Assembly (NCBI GenBank): GCA_027485645.1
Contig: JAIXQR010000001.1
Span: 363,632 to 427,631 of the forward strand
Reading direction: 5' to 3'
Length of the DNA: 64,000 nt
Source of the DNA: a bacterium
GTDB lineage: Bacteria > Armatimonadota > Fimbriimonadia > Fimbriimonadales > Fimbriimonadaceae
Within the stretch, counting starts at the first letter, position 1. Each line of letters begins with the position of its first letter. The notes under the pieces were generated by a model that saw nothing but the letters and a program-made list of their open reading frames with translations, was not told the DNA's origin and made no database searches. Shown here in pieces: positions 54,005 to 63,048 of the stretch. The translations under genes were made by a program, and so were the position numbers.

Positions 54005-57000
54005 ATGTTTCAAGTTATTCGTCACGGACGCCCTCATCTCGAAGCCGACGCTTGCGGCATCGGATTTCTTGCAAGTCGGAAAGGAGTTGCCGACCGCGCG
54101 GTAGTTGAAAACGCCCTCGAACTCTGCCGCCAATTCGACCACCGTGGTGCGCCGGGACACGGAGCGGGTGTGCAATTGGATATCCCGTGGCCCCTGCTGC
54201 TTGATCGTTTTCCGGACCATGCGAAGCTCATTGCGCAGCAAGACCTTGCGCTGGGCATGTTCTTCCTTCCGTTGGAGCCGACGGACCGACGTCGCTGCAC
54301 TGCGATCGTAGAGGAACTTGCGCACCTTGCCGGGTCGGAGGTTCTGCAGTGGGCAGAAGTGCCGATCAATCCGGATGCATTGCCCGAAGGCAGCTCCGCC
54401 CGCATGACGATGCCGAAGGTTAGACAGGCGATCTTCCGGCGACCCGAGGGAATGAGTGAAGACGGTTGGTTTGCTTGTCGGTACTTGCTACGTCTCGCCA
54501 TAGATGAGGAGGCAAACAAGATGTATGGCGACAACTTTGCCATCGTCAGTCTTTCGAACCGAACGGTTGTATATAAGGGCCTCGCCGAACTATCAAAAAT
54601 CGGCGACCTTTATCCCGACCTCCAAGACCCGCATTTCCGCTCTCGGTACGTTCTTTTCCACAGCCGGTACTGCACGAACACCACCACCGCATGGCGTCGC
54701 GCTCAGCCGTTCTGGGCCCTTGCGCACAACGGAGAAATCTCGACGATCCAAGGCAACGTCGCGTGGATGCAGGCCATCGGCCGCGACTTGATCGCCAACT
54801 TGGTCGAACAATTCCCGTCGATTCAAAAGCTGGCCAGCCGCATCACGAGCGTCGTGTGTCCGGGTGGCTCGGATACGGCAAATCTGGATGACATGCTCAT
54901 CGCCCTGCTCGCCGGAGGCATGAACGTTCCGCAGGCGATTTTGGCCCTGTTGCCGCAGGCCACCAGCACCCTGCCGGACGCGTCGCCGCTTAGGAAGTTT
55001 AACGAGGCAATGGAAGTGTTCCTCGGTGCCTGCGACGGTCCGGCGGCGATTGTCGCTTGCGATGGTGACGACGCGGTGGCCCACCTCGACCGAAACGGCC
55101 TCCGCCCGCTTTGGATGACCGTCACGAAGGACTTTGCCTTTGCAAGCAGCGAGCCAACAGGCACGTTCCCTCTTGGGCCGTTCCAGTCTCAGCGCATCAT
55201 GGGTCCCGGCGAAACCATGCTCGTCCACCTTGCCGATGGCGCGATTCTGACGAACGAGCAGGTTCACGACGAAGTTGGCCGCAAGGACTATCCTCGACTG
55301 CCGCAAGATGTTGTTCCGCTCTCGACCGTCGAGGCGCTGCCCGAATTTGGAGACCTCACTCGGCTCCAAAGAGCGTTTGGCATGGGGAAAGAAGACATTG
55401 ACGTCGTTCTGACTCCGCTGCTCAAGACGGGCAAGCCCGCCGTTGGCTCCATGGGAGACGACACGTCGCCGGCCGCCATGCTGGACCAGTATCCTCGGCG
55501 CATTGAGGACTACTTCGCGCTTCGGTTTGCGCAAGAAACGAGCCCGCCCATTGACCCGATTCGCGACGCCTGGGTGTTCGATTCAAGCGCTTCGATCGGG
55601 AATCGATCCGGGTTGTTCGGCGGAGAAGAAGGACTCGTCTATCGATCCGAGCATCGAGTGATCTCGCTGGGCGAATGTGCTTGGCTTTCGGCCCAGCAAA
55701 GCGTGACCGTGATTGACGCGACCTTTGAGGCTGCTTCCGGCGCAGAGGGGCTCGAAGTAAGGCTTTCTGAGTTGGTGGCCGAGGCGACGGCGATTGAATC
55801 CACCGTTCTCGTTTTGAGCGACCGAAAAGTAGATGCCGATCGCGTTGCGGTGCCGATGCTTCGCCTCGTATCGCGGCTTCACGAAGCCCTGATTCGAGAA
55901 AATCGGCGTCACCGGGTCGGTCTCGTCGCGGATGCCGGGGTTTGGGATATTCATCACTGCGCCCTCCTCGTGAGCGTCGGCGCAGACGTGGTGTGTCCTT
56001 GGCTCGGAGCGGCTTCGGCGGGAGAGGAGGAATACAACTTCCTCAAGGGAATCCGTTCTGGCTTCATTGAGGCGATGTCGATGATGGGCGTTACGCCTTC
56101 TTCGGCATATTGCGGTGCCCGGCTCATTGAGGCCATCGGGCTCGACAAAGCATTCCTCGCCCAAGAGTTTCCGAACGTGCCCGGGCACCTTGAGGGCATC
56201 GCGGTGGAGACCCTCAACGAGGAATGGCTTCAGTTCCACCAGGAAGCCTTCGTTGAAGAATGCACGTTGCCCGACTTTGGCGAGTACCGGCACACCAAGT
56301 CCGGACGGGCGCACGCGAACAACGCCGACATTGTCCGAAATCTCCAATCCGCCACCGGATATTCAAAGAAGATCCACGAAGGAAAGCCAGGAACCTATGA
56401 GGCGTACCAGACCTACGCAAAGCTGGTCACCGATCGATCCCCGATCACCCTTCTGGACTGCCTTCATTTGAAGCCAGGAACTCCGATTCCGATCGAGGAA
56501 GTGGAGTCCGAGCTTTCGATCGCATGGCGATTCATGGCTCCCGGCATGAGCGAAGGCGCCTTGAGCTCGCCCGCGCACATGGCGGTTGCCAGCGGTCTCA
56601 ACCTCCTGCGGCGCTATATCTCGGTATTCGAGAAGTCAGCGACCCTTAGCGGCATCGGGCCGATTGCGAATAGTGGCGAAGGCGGATTTGAGAAGGAGCG
56701 CATTGGAACCCGGTTTGGCAATCGCAGCGTGCAGTACTCCGGCGGTCGGTTCACGATCACCCCTTGGACGGCGGCGACCGCCTTAGAAGCCGAAGTCAAG
56801 TTCGCTCAGGGGGCAAAGCCAGGTAAGGGCGGTCAGCTTCCGGGCAAAAAGGTGTCTGTTCAAGTGGCACGGCAGCGCGGTTGCGAGCCCGGGTACGAGC
56901 TCATCAGCCCGCCGATCAACCACAACCTGTACTCCATCGAGGACGTGAAGCTGATGATTGAGAGCTGGCGTCACCTCAACCCGAGCGTGAACTGTGCCCT

Positions 57001-58432
57001 CAAGTTTGTCGCTACCCACGGCATCGAAATGGTCGTGATGGGTGGTGTAAATGCCGGTGCAAACCGATTGCACATCAGCGACGGCTGCGGAGGCACCGGG
57101 GCCGCCAAGCGAGTTGACCAAAAGCATGCCGGCATTCCCGTGGCAGCGGTTCTGCCAAACGTTCACGAAACGTTGCTGGAAGAAGGGGTTCGCCACCTAG
57201 TCGAAATCAGCGTTGACGGTGGCGTGCAGAATGGCGAGCAAGCGCTGAAGTTGATGCACCTTGGGGCGGACCGCGTTGGGATCGGCACGAGTTTGCTCAT
57301 TGCCGTTGGCTGCTCGATGCTTCGAAAGTGCCACCTTGCGGGACCAGACCCGGCGGATCCGACCGGTAAGCGGCGGCTCGGCTGCGCGCCGGGAGTTGCG
57401 ACGCAGGATCCGGCATTGGTAGCCAAGTTCCAGGGCAAAGGCAAGCACGTCGCGCGGTACCTGCTGTTCATGGCCCGAGAAGTTCGCGAACTCATGGCGG
57501 CAAACGGCATTCGAAGCCTGAGCGAGATCATCGGACGACGTGATCGACTAGAGTCGAAACCCTCGCTGTGCGGAAAGTCGGCCCAACTTGACTTCGGTGT
57601 ACTCCTGGCCCCTCCGATCTCTCGGGAAAGCCAACGGGACTACGCCCTTCAATCCTCGATGCACGCTCCAACGTTGCGAGCCGAAGAGATTGCTGCGGCA
57701 GAGGCGGCTCTGCGCGGAGAGAGCCAATTGCTCACCGAGAAGCTGACCAACATCGATCGCTGTGTCGGCATCGCGGCGGCTGGTTACATTGCGCGGGCGA
57801 AAGGTGACCTTGGGTTGACGGCAGGGAAGGTTTCAATGAACCACACCGGTGCGGCCGGGCATTACTACGGCGCTTACCTCGTCAATGGAATGGACCTGCG
57901 GTTGACCGGCTCGGTTGCCGATTCGGCGTTCACCGCCGCCTATGGTGGGACCCTCGTGGTTCGACAGCCGGAGGGGCAGACTGGCTTGACCGTTGTCGGA
58001 AACGCGTTCGGGTACGGCGCACGCGGCGGCACCGCCTTCATCGCCGGCAGAGCCGGAAATCGGTTCGGCGTGTGTTTCAGAAAGAACCCGGAAGGAGGAG
58101 GTCCCACGGTGGTCGTGGAAGGCGTTGAATCGAACGCGTTCCAGTACATGACGGGTGGCGTAGCGTTGGTTCTCGGGCCAACCGGGTTCAACTTGGGGGC
58201 CGGAATGACGGGCGGAAAGGTGTATCTGATGGACGGCGATCTTTCGACTTTGAACCCGGACTACGTTCACGCCGTCGCCCTGGAGGAATCAGATCTTCAG
58301 TTGGTGACTGAGTTGATTCAGAGACATGCAGACGAAACTGGCAGCAAAGTTGCCGTTCAGGCTTTGAAGAATGTTTCCCCACAGCATTTCGTGAAAGTGG
58401 TCACTAAACTGCTGCCCGAGTCGCTCGAGTGA
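54005..58432 (+). CDS. gltB: Glutamate synthase large subunit (divergent; no gltD adjacent)
   Basis: Propeptide then 'CGIGF'; 'HNGEI', 'SMGDD', 'QGAKPG.GGQLPG', 'YSIED', 'GGTGA', GXGXG C-terminal domain 'YMTGG'. Confidence 0.93.
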   Translation: MFQVIRHGRPHLEADACGIGFLASRKGVADRAVVENALELCRQFDHRGAPGHGAGVQLDIPWPLLLDRFPDHAKLIAQQDLALGMFFLPLEPTDRRRCTAIVEELAHLAGSEVLQWAEVPINPDALPEGSSARMTMPKVRQAIFRRPEGMSEDGWFACRYLLRLAIDEEANKMYGDNFAIVSLSNRTVVYKGLAELSKIGDLYPDLQDPHFRSRYVLFHSRYCTNTTTAWRRAQPFWALAHNGEISTIQGNVAWMQAIGRDLIANLVEQFPSIQKLASRITSVVCPGGSDTANLDDMLIALLAGGMNVPQAILALLPQATSTLPDASPLRKFNEAMEVFLGACDGPAAIVACDGDDAVAHLDRNGLRPLWMTVTKDFAFASSEPTGTFPLGPFQSQRIMGPGETMLVHLADGAILTNEQVHDEVGRKDYPRLPQDVVPLSTVEALPEFGDLTRLQRAFGMGKEDIDVVLTPLLKTGKPAVGSMGDDTSPAAMLDQYPRRIEDYFALRFAQETSPPIDPIRDAWVFDSSASIGNRSGLFGGEEGLVYRSEHRVISLGECAWLSAQQSVTVIDATFEAASGAEGLEVRLSELVAEATAIESTVLVLSDRKVDADRVAVPMLRLVSRLHEALIRENRRHRVGLVADAGVWDIHHCALLVSVGADVVCPWLGAASAGEEEYNFLKGIRSGFIEAMSMMGVTPSSAYCGARLIEAIGLDKAFLAQEFPNVPGHLEGIAVETLNEEWLQFHQEAFVEECTLPDFGEYRHTKSGRAHANNADIVRNLQSATGYSKKIHEGKPGTYEAYQTYAKLVTDRSPITLLDCLHLKPGTPIPIEEVESELSIAWRFMAPGMSEGALSSPAHMAVASGLNLLRRYISVFEKSATLSGIGPIANSGEGGFEKERIGTRFGNRSVQYSGGRFTITPWTAATALEAEVKFAQGAKPGKGGQLPGKKVSVQVARQRGCEPGYELISPPINHNLYSIEDVKLMIESWRHLNPSVNCALKFVATHGIEMVVMGGVNAGANRLHISDGCGGTGAAKRVDQKHAGIPVAAVLPNVHETLLEEGVRHLVEISVDGGVQNGEQALKLMHLGADRVGIGTSLLIAVGCSMLRKCHLAGPDPADPTGKRRLGCAPGVATQDPALVAKFQGKGKHVARYLLFMAREVRELMAANGIRSLSEIIGRRDRLESKPSLCGKSAQLDFGVLLAPPISRESQRDYALQSSMHAPTLRAEEIAAAEAALRGESQLLTEKLTNIDRCVGIAAAGYIARAKGDLGLTAGKVSMNHTGAAGHYYGAYLVNGMDLRLTGSVADSAFTAAYGGTLVVRQPEGQTGLTVVGNAFGYGARGGTAFIAGRAGNRFGVCFRKNPEGGGPTVVVEGVESNAFQYMTGGVALVLGPTGFNLGAGMTGGKVYLMDGDLSTLNPDYVHAVALEESDLQLVTELIQRHADETGSKVAVQALKNVSPQHFVKVVTKLLPESLE

Positions 58433-58525
58433 GCCAGTTGAATCGGGCGCCGGAAGAGGCGTTGAGTGTTTTAGTGCCGTTTTAGCGGTACCTGCATTTA
58501 ATGCCTTGTCGCCAATAGCTTCCTT

Positions 58526-61447
58526 GTGTTGCGCGCTTTTCTTTCGGCATTTTGCTCTTTGTCTTTGTTTGCCACGGCCTGCATTTCAAGTGGTCAAGCG
58601 GTTCGTCCGACGCAAACCGGTAGCTTGTCCGACATTTCCGACCGCCTAGCGCGTAGCTTTGAGCCCACAGGAGCAGGGTTCGCCGCGCGACAGCCAGATC
58701 GGTTCTCGGCAGAAATCTCAGCCACAGGCGCCCTCAAATTAACCGCGAATGCTGCCAGCCTGGCCATTCGAACGGTGGCTTACGGGAGCGGAGCAAATCG
58801 CGTTGCCACAAGCGCACCGCAACTTGGTCGCGGCGTAGACGACGCAGGTTGGCCACGTCTGAACCTTGCGCGGCCGAACTTCAACGAGTGGTTCGTTAAT
58901 GAGCGAGCCGGAATGCACCACTGGATGCAGGTTCAAAGCAAGCCTGGGATTGGACAAAACCTCTGGGTCAAGCTCGCAGTCAGTGGCGCCACCGGGCTTC
59001 AACAGATAGACGAGGAGACGGTAGAGCTCAAAACCGCAACCGCCAAGTTCTCTTATGCCGGACTTTCCGTTTGGGACGCAAACGGCACGATGCTTCCTGC
59101 ACACATTGAGACCGCCAACGATGCAATGTATGTCGTGGTCGATGACCAGAACGCGCAGTATCCCGTCACCATCGACCCGGTTTGGACTCAGCAGACGAAG
59201 CTCATCGCGAGCGATGGCGCAAACAGCGACCAGTTTGGATTCAGCGTGAGCGTTTCTGGCGACCTCGCCGTAATTGGCGCGCCCTACGCGAACGTGACCG
59301 GAAACGATCTTGGCGCAGCCTATGTCTTTCGACGCACCGGAGTCTCGTGGACCCAAGAAGCCAAGCTCTCAGCCTCGGACGGCGCGAACGGCGACTACTT
59401 CGGTTACAGTGTGGGCATCTCCGGCAGCACGGTGGTTGTGGGAGCTTACGGCGATGCTGGTGGCTCCGCCTACGTCTTCGTGAGAAATGGCACAAGCTGG
59501 TCCCAGCAGCAAAAGCTGGTCGGTAGCGGCCTCGGTTCATCCGACCAGTTCGGATCGGCAGTTGCTATTTCTGGAAACTCGATTGTTGTCGGCGCGCGAA
59601 ACGCCGACCCGGGTGGATCGAACCGTGGAGCCGGATTTGTCTTTGTCCGAAACGGTAGCACCTGGACCCAAGAAGCCCGCCTTCTCGCAAGTGACGCTCG
59701 GAATTCCGACCAGCTTGGCTACAGCGTCGGAATCTCGGGAGACCGCGTCGTGCTCGGAGCATACGGGGCAGATGCCGGAGCATCGAACGGAGGCGCGGCC
59801 TACGTGTACGAGCGATCCGGTTCAACCTGGACCCAGGTTCTCAAATTTGTTGCGCCCGACGCCGGAATTAACGATCGCCTCGGCTTTAGCTCTTCGATTT
59901 CGGGAGACACTTTCATCACCGGTGCGCGATTCGCCGATGCCGGCGGAACCGACCGTGGCGCGGCTTATGTGGTCTCGAAGGCCACCGGCTCCTGGGTAAT
60001 GCAAGCGAAACTGACTGCAAGTAGTGCAACGAACGGCGACAACTTCGGCTTTGCTGTAAGCATCTCTGGCGACCTTGCTTTGGTCGGTGCTTTCAGCTCC
60101 GACATTGGCGGCTCAAACCGTGGTGCGGCTTACTCGTACACTCGAACTGCGGGAACCTGGGGATCTGAATCTCTGATCCTAGGTGCCGATAATGCCAACG
60201 GGAACCAGTTTGGTTGCAGCGTCAGCATCGACGGTGAGACCGCCTTGGTTGGCGCTCGCCTTGCCGATCCAGGTGGTTCAAATCGCGGCGCGGCTTACAC
60301 GTTTGCCGTTTACCGAACCATGGCGATTAGCTTTGCAAACCAAGGCGTCACTACCGGCAAGGTTGCTACCGGCACCGTCACAATCAGCAGTGTATCGGCG
60401 ACCGATACCGTCATCAGCCTTGCAAGCAGCACCCCGGCCCTCACATTGCCCAGCACGGTGACCGTTCCCGCGGGTTCCACTTCCGCCACCTTCACCGCTA
60501 CTGCTGGAAGCGTCAACTCGGATACGACCGCGACCATCACCGGTTCGGCGACCGCGTTCACTTCCGGTACAGGCTCGATCTTTGTTCGAATTCCTCGCGT
60601 AGGCGCGATCTCGTTTGACCGCGCTCAAGTCGAAACCGGACAAACTGCGCTGGCAACGATTGCCCTGCAGTCCCCGGCTCCAGCCGGAGGCATAACGGTC
60701 AACTTGGATAACTCCATCCCGGCGGCCCTTGCTTGCCCAGCCACGGTTATCGTTCCGGCAGGCGCAACTCGCGTGTCGGTGACGGTCACGGGACAACTCG
60801 TGCCCGCCGACATGACGGCCAAGGTGACCGCAACGCCAACCTTCAGCGAAAAGTCCGCGACGATCTTGGTTAAGCACGGTGCGGTTCTGAGCACCTTCAC
60901 CTTGCAAGACGCCAGCATCTCGACGTACGGAAGCACGATCGGATCACTCTCGCTGACCGCCCCAGCGCCTGCTGGGGGCGTTTCGATTGCCCTGAGCGCA
61001 AACTCCAACCGATTGACCCTTCCGGCCACGGTGACGGTGCCTGAAGGCGAAACGTCCGCCACCTTCGTGCTGGAGAGCGGTGCGCTTCCTCATCCGTCGA
61101 TCGTGGTCCAAGCCGCAGGAAGTGGCGTCACCCGCACTGCCTCCGTAGCGATCATCCGAAGCTCGATTGCCACGGTGACGGCGCCAGAAACCGTTGTCGC
61201 CGGGAATTCGGTTGTCATGACGGTTACGCTGTCTGGGGTCGCGCCGGCGAGTGGCGTCACGGTTATGCTGAACTCAGATGCTCAGTCGGTCGTCACGATG
61301 CCAGCGTCGGTTGTCATTCCGGCCGGAGAGAGTTCAGCTCAGGTAACGGTAAGCACGAATGCCGGTAAGCGCGGGCGGATCAACTTGTATGCATGCCTGC
61401 GTGGCCAGGGCACCAAGAGCGCCCGGGTCGAAGTCACCGAGAACTAA
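58526..61447 (+). CDS. Secreted FG-GAP (7-blade propeller) protein with four C-terminal Ig-like repeats
   Basis: Seven 'W.Q..KL.A.D....D.FG.SV.ISG....VGA.....G...GAAY' repeats; four 'PAPAGG..V.L.S.....P..V..PAG..SA' repeats. Confidence 0.88.
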   Translation: MLRAFLSAFCSLSLFATACISSGQAVRPTQTGSLSDISDRLARSFEPTGAGFAARQPDRFSAEISATGALKLTANAASLAIRTVAYGSGANRVATSAPQLGRGVDDAGWPRLNLARPNFNEWFVNERAGMHHWMQVQSKPGIGQNLWVKLAVSGATGLQQIDEETVELKTATAKFSYAGLSVWDANGTMLPAHIETANDAMYVVVDDQNAQYPVTIDPVWTQQTKLIASDGANSDQFGFSVSVSGDLAVIGAPYANVTGNDLGAAYVFRRTGVSWTQEAKLSASDGANGDYFGYSVGISGSTVVVGAYGDAGGSAYVFVRNGTSWSQQQKLVGSGLGSSDQFGSAVAISGNSIVVGARNADPGGSNRGAGFVFVRNGSTWTQEARLLASDARNSDQLGYSVGISGDRVVLGAYGADAGASNGGAAYVYERSGSTWTQVLKFVAPDAGINDRLGFSSSISGDTFITGARFADAGGTDRGAAYVVSKATGSWVMQAKLTASSATNGDNFGFAVSISGDLALVGAFSSDIGGSNRGAAYSYTRTAGTWGSESLILGADNANGNQFGCSVSIDGETALVGARLADPGGSNRGAAYTFAVYRTMAISFANQGVTTGKVATGTVTISSVSATDTVISLASSTPALTLPSTVTVPAGSTSATFTATAGSVNSDTTATITGSATAFTSGTGSIFVRIPRVGAISFDRAQVETGQTALATIALQSPAPAGGITVNLDNSIPAALACPATVIVPAGATRVSVTVTGQLVPADMTAKVTATPTFSEKSATILVKHGAVLSTFTLQDASISTYGSTIGSLSLTAPAPAGGVSIALSANSNRLTLPATVTVPEGETSATFVLESGALPHPSIVVQAAGSGVTRTASVAIIRSSIATVTAPETVVAGNSVVMTVTLSGVAPASGVTVMLNSDAQSVVTMPASVVIPAGESSAQVTVSTNAGKRGRINLYACLRGQGTKSARVEVTEN

Positions 61448-61950
61448 AATAGGCTTGCCTGGGGAGCCACCGATTCCGCTTCGACCGTTCGTTGCGGAAT
61501 CGGTTCTCCTTGATCGTTCAGGTGCATCAACTCCACGCCCCGAGCCAGGAGGGCGGGGCCCAGCAGTCGAGAACGATGGCACCGGTGCGGGCGCAAGCAT
61601 CCGCACGTTAGGCACAGGAAGCGGTCCTCGCTTTCGGCCGCTTTCAAGAGGCGATCTAAACCGAGCGCCAGTTTAGGCTCATCGAATAGAGGCGGGAGTT
61701 CCACGGCCTCTGGGTCCTTACAAAGCACCGGACTATCGGCAATGCCGCCCAAGGTGTCGCCCATGTAGACATAGCGAAGTCCGGTCGGCGGGACCAGCCG
61801 TTCAAGGTTTTCGCGCCGAAAGTCGGTCCAGTAGCTGGATTGAGGCACGCTCCGCACATCGACCAAATGGGTGACCCGGTGCCGCTTCATCAGTTCAATG
61901 AAGGCTGGAAATCCGCGATTGCCATATCCTGCGGTCAGGATCGGGTTCAA
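61444..61950 (-). CDS. DUF488 family protein
   Basis: 'TAGYG', 'LVDVRSVP.S', 'Y..MGDTLGG', 'C....P..CHRS'. Confidence 0.85.
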   Translation of the reverse strand: MNPILTAGYGNRGFPAFIELMKRHRVTHLVDVRSVPQSSYWTDFRRENLERLVPPTGLRYVYMGDTLGGIADSPVLCKDPEAVELPPLFDEPKLALGLDRLLKAAESEDRFLCLTCGCLRPHRCHRSRLLGPALLARGVELMHLNDQGEPIPQRTVEAESVAPQASLF

Positions 61951-62505
61951 CTACTTGACCTTAACGTTCTGCGGTGCCGGTTTGGCTTCCACCGATGGAG
62001 CCATTTCTTGCTTGCCAGCGTTCACGGTGGTCATGGCCTTGCTGAGCACGTGCTCAAGCTGTGAAAGCACATCGTAGGCGTACTTTTCGGCCCCGCGTCG
62101 CATCTGCAGTGAGTCACGGTCTGCGGCGTTACGAATCTCTTCGCTTTGGGCTTTGCTCAGCTTCAGGACTTCGCTTTCCGCCACCATCTGCTGCTGCTTC
62201 AGTCTTGCCTGTTCGAGGATGCGTTCTGCCTCCTGCTGGGCCTCGACAAGAATTCTCTCGGCATCTTTCTGTGCGTTCAGCAGGGTAAGTGCGACGTCCT
62301 CTTTTGCGCTTTCTAGAAGTCGTTCGCTTTCGCGGGCCGTGTTGGCCGCCGTTTTCATTTCTTGCGGCAAGCTAGCGCGAATTTTCGTGATGAGCAGGGA
62401 AATTTCGTCTTTATCTAAACCCCAGTAGAGCGGAATGAAGGGCAGATGCGACGGCTTCTCAATCGTTAAATCGTGTAGTTGATCTAGGAGGCGAAGAGTG
62501 TCCAT
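61951..62505 (-). CDS. Conserved coiled-coil protein found downstream of coaD (DivIVA/ATP-synthase-b-like)
   Basis: 'I.KIRASLP.E...A', heptad A/E/Q repeats, 'GA..YA..VL..LE'. Confidence 0.7.
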   Translation of the reverse strand: MDTLRLLDQLHDLTIEKPSHLPFIPLYWGLDKDEISLLITKIRASLPQEMKTAANTARESERLLESAKEDVALTLLNAQKDAERILVEAQQEAERILEQARLKQQQMVAESEVLKLSKAQSEEIRNAADRDSLQMRRGAEKYAYDVLSQLEHVLSKAMTTVNAGKQEMAPSVEAKPAPQNVKVK

Positions 62506-62523
62506 TGAAAGCGGTGGTCTAGT

Positions 62524-63048
62524 TTAGCCGTGTTGCGATGTTTCCATCGCCGAATTGTGATTGCGCACCTCGAGAGCCGCCGCAACAATGGGGACAACCG
62601 GCTCGGGGACGAGGGTGGAGTAGTCGCCGCCGAGGACCGCAACTTCGCGAACCATCGAGCTGCTGAGATAGCTGTAATCCCACCGCGTCATGAGAAAGAC
62701 GCTGTCCACGTCGCTTGCGAGGCGGCGATTGATCATCGCCATCTGAAATTCGTACTCGAAGTCGGCAGTGGCCCGAAGTCCTCGCACGATTGACTTCGCG
62801 CCCACGCTCCGCGCGTACTCAACGAGAAGTCCGCTAAAACTTGAGACTTCGACGTTTGGAAAGTGTGCGGTGGAAAGCCGAAGCGCCTCGATCCTTTGAT
62901 CCGTAGTGAGCAAGGGCCGCTTTGCCGAGTTTGCTCCGACCGCCACGATCAAGCGGTCGAAAAGGTGGGTGGCCCGCTCAATGACATCAAGATGCCCCAG
63001 AGTCGGCGGGTCGAAACTCCCGGGGTAGATGGCAAGCATTTTCATCAC
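62524..63048 (-). CDS. coaD: Pantetheine-phosphate adenylyltransferase
   Basis: 'YPGSFDPPTLGH', 'RGLR...DFEYE', 'LSSSMVRE'. Confidence 0.97.
   Translation of the reverse strand: MMKMLAIYPGSFDPPTLGHLDVIERATHLFDRLIVAVGANSAKRPLLTTDQRIEALRLSTAHFPNVEVSSFSGLLVEYARSVGAKSIVRGLRATADFEYEFQMAMINRRLASDVDSVFLMTRWDYSYLSSSMVREVAVLGGDYSTLVPEPVVPIVAAALEVRNHNSAMETSQHG

Noticed and set aside
59180-60310. CRISPR or DNA tandem array
   Set aside because: The periodicity is in-frame FG-GAP protein repeats that are degenerate at DNA level, with no repeat-spacer structure or cas genes.
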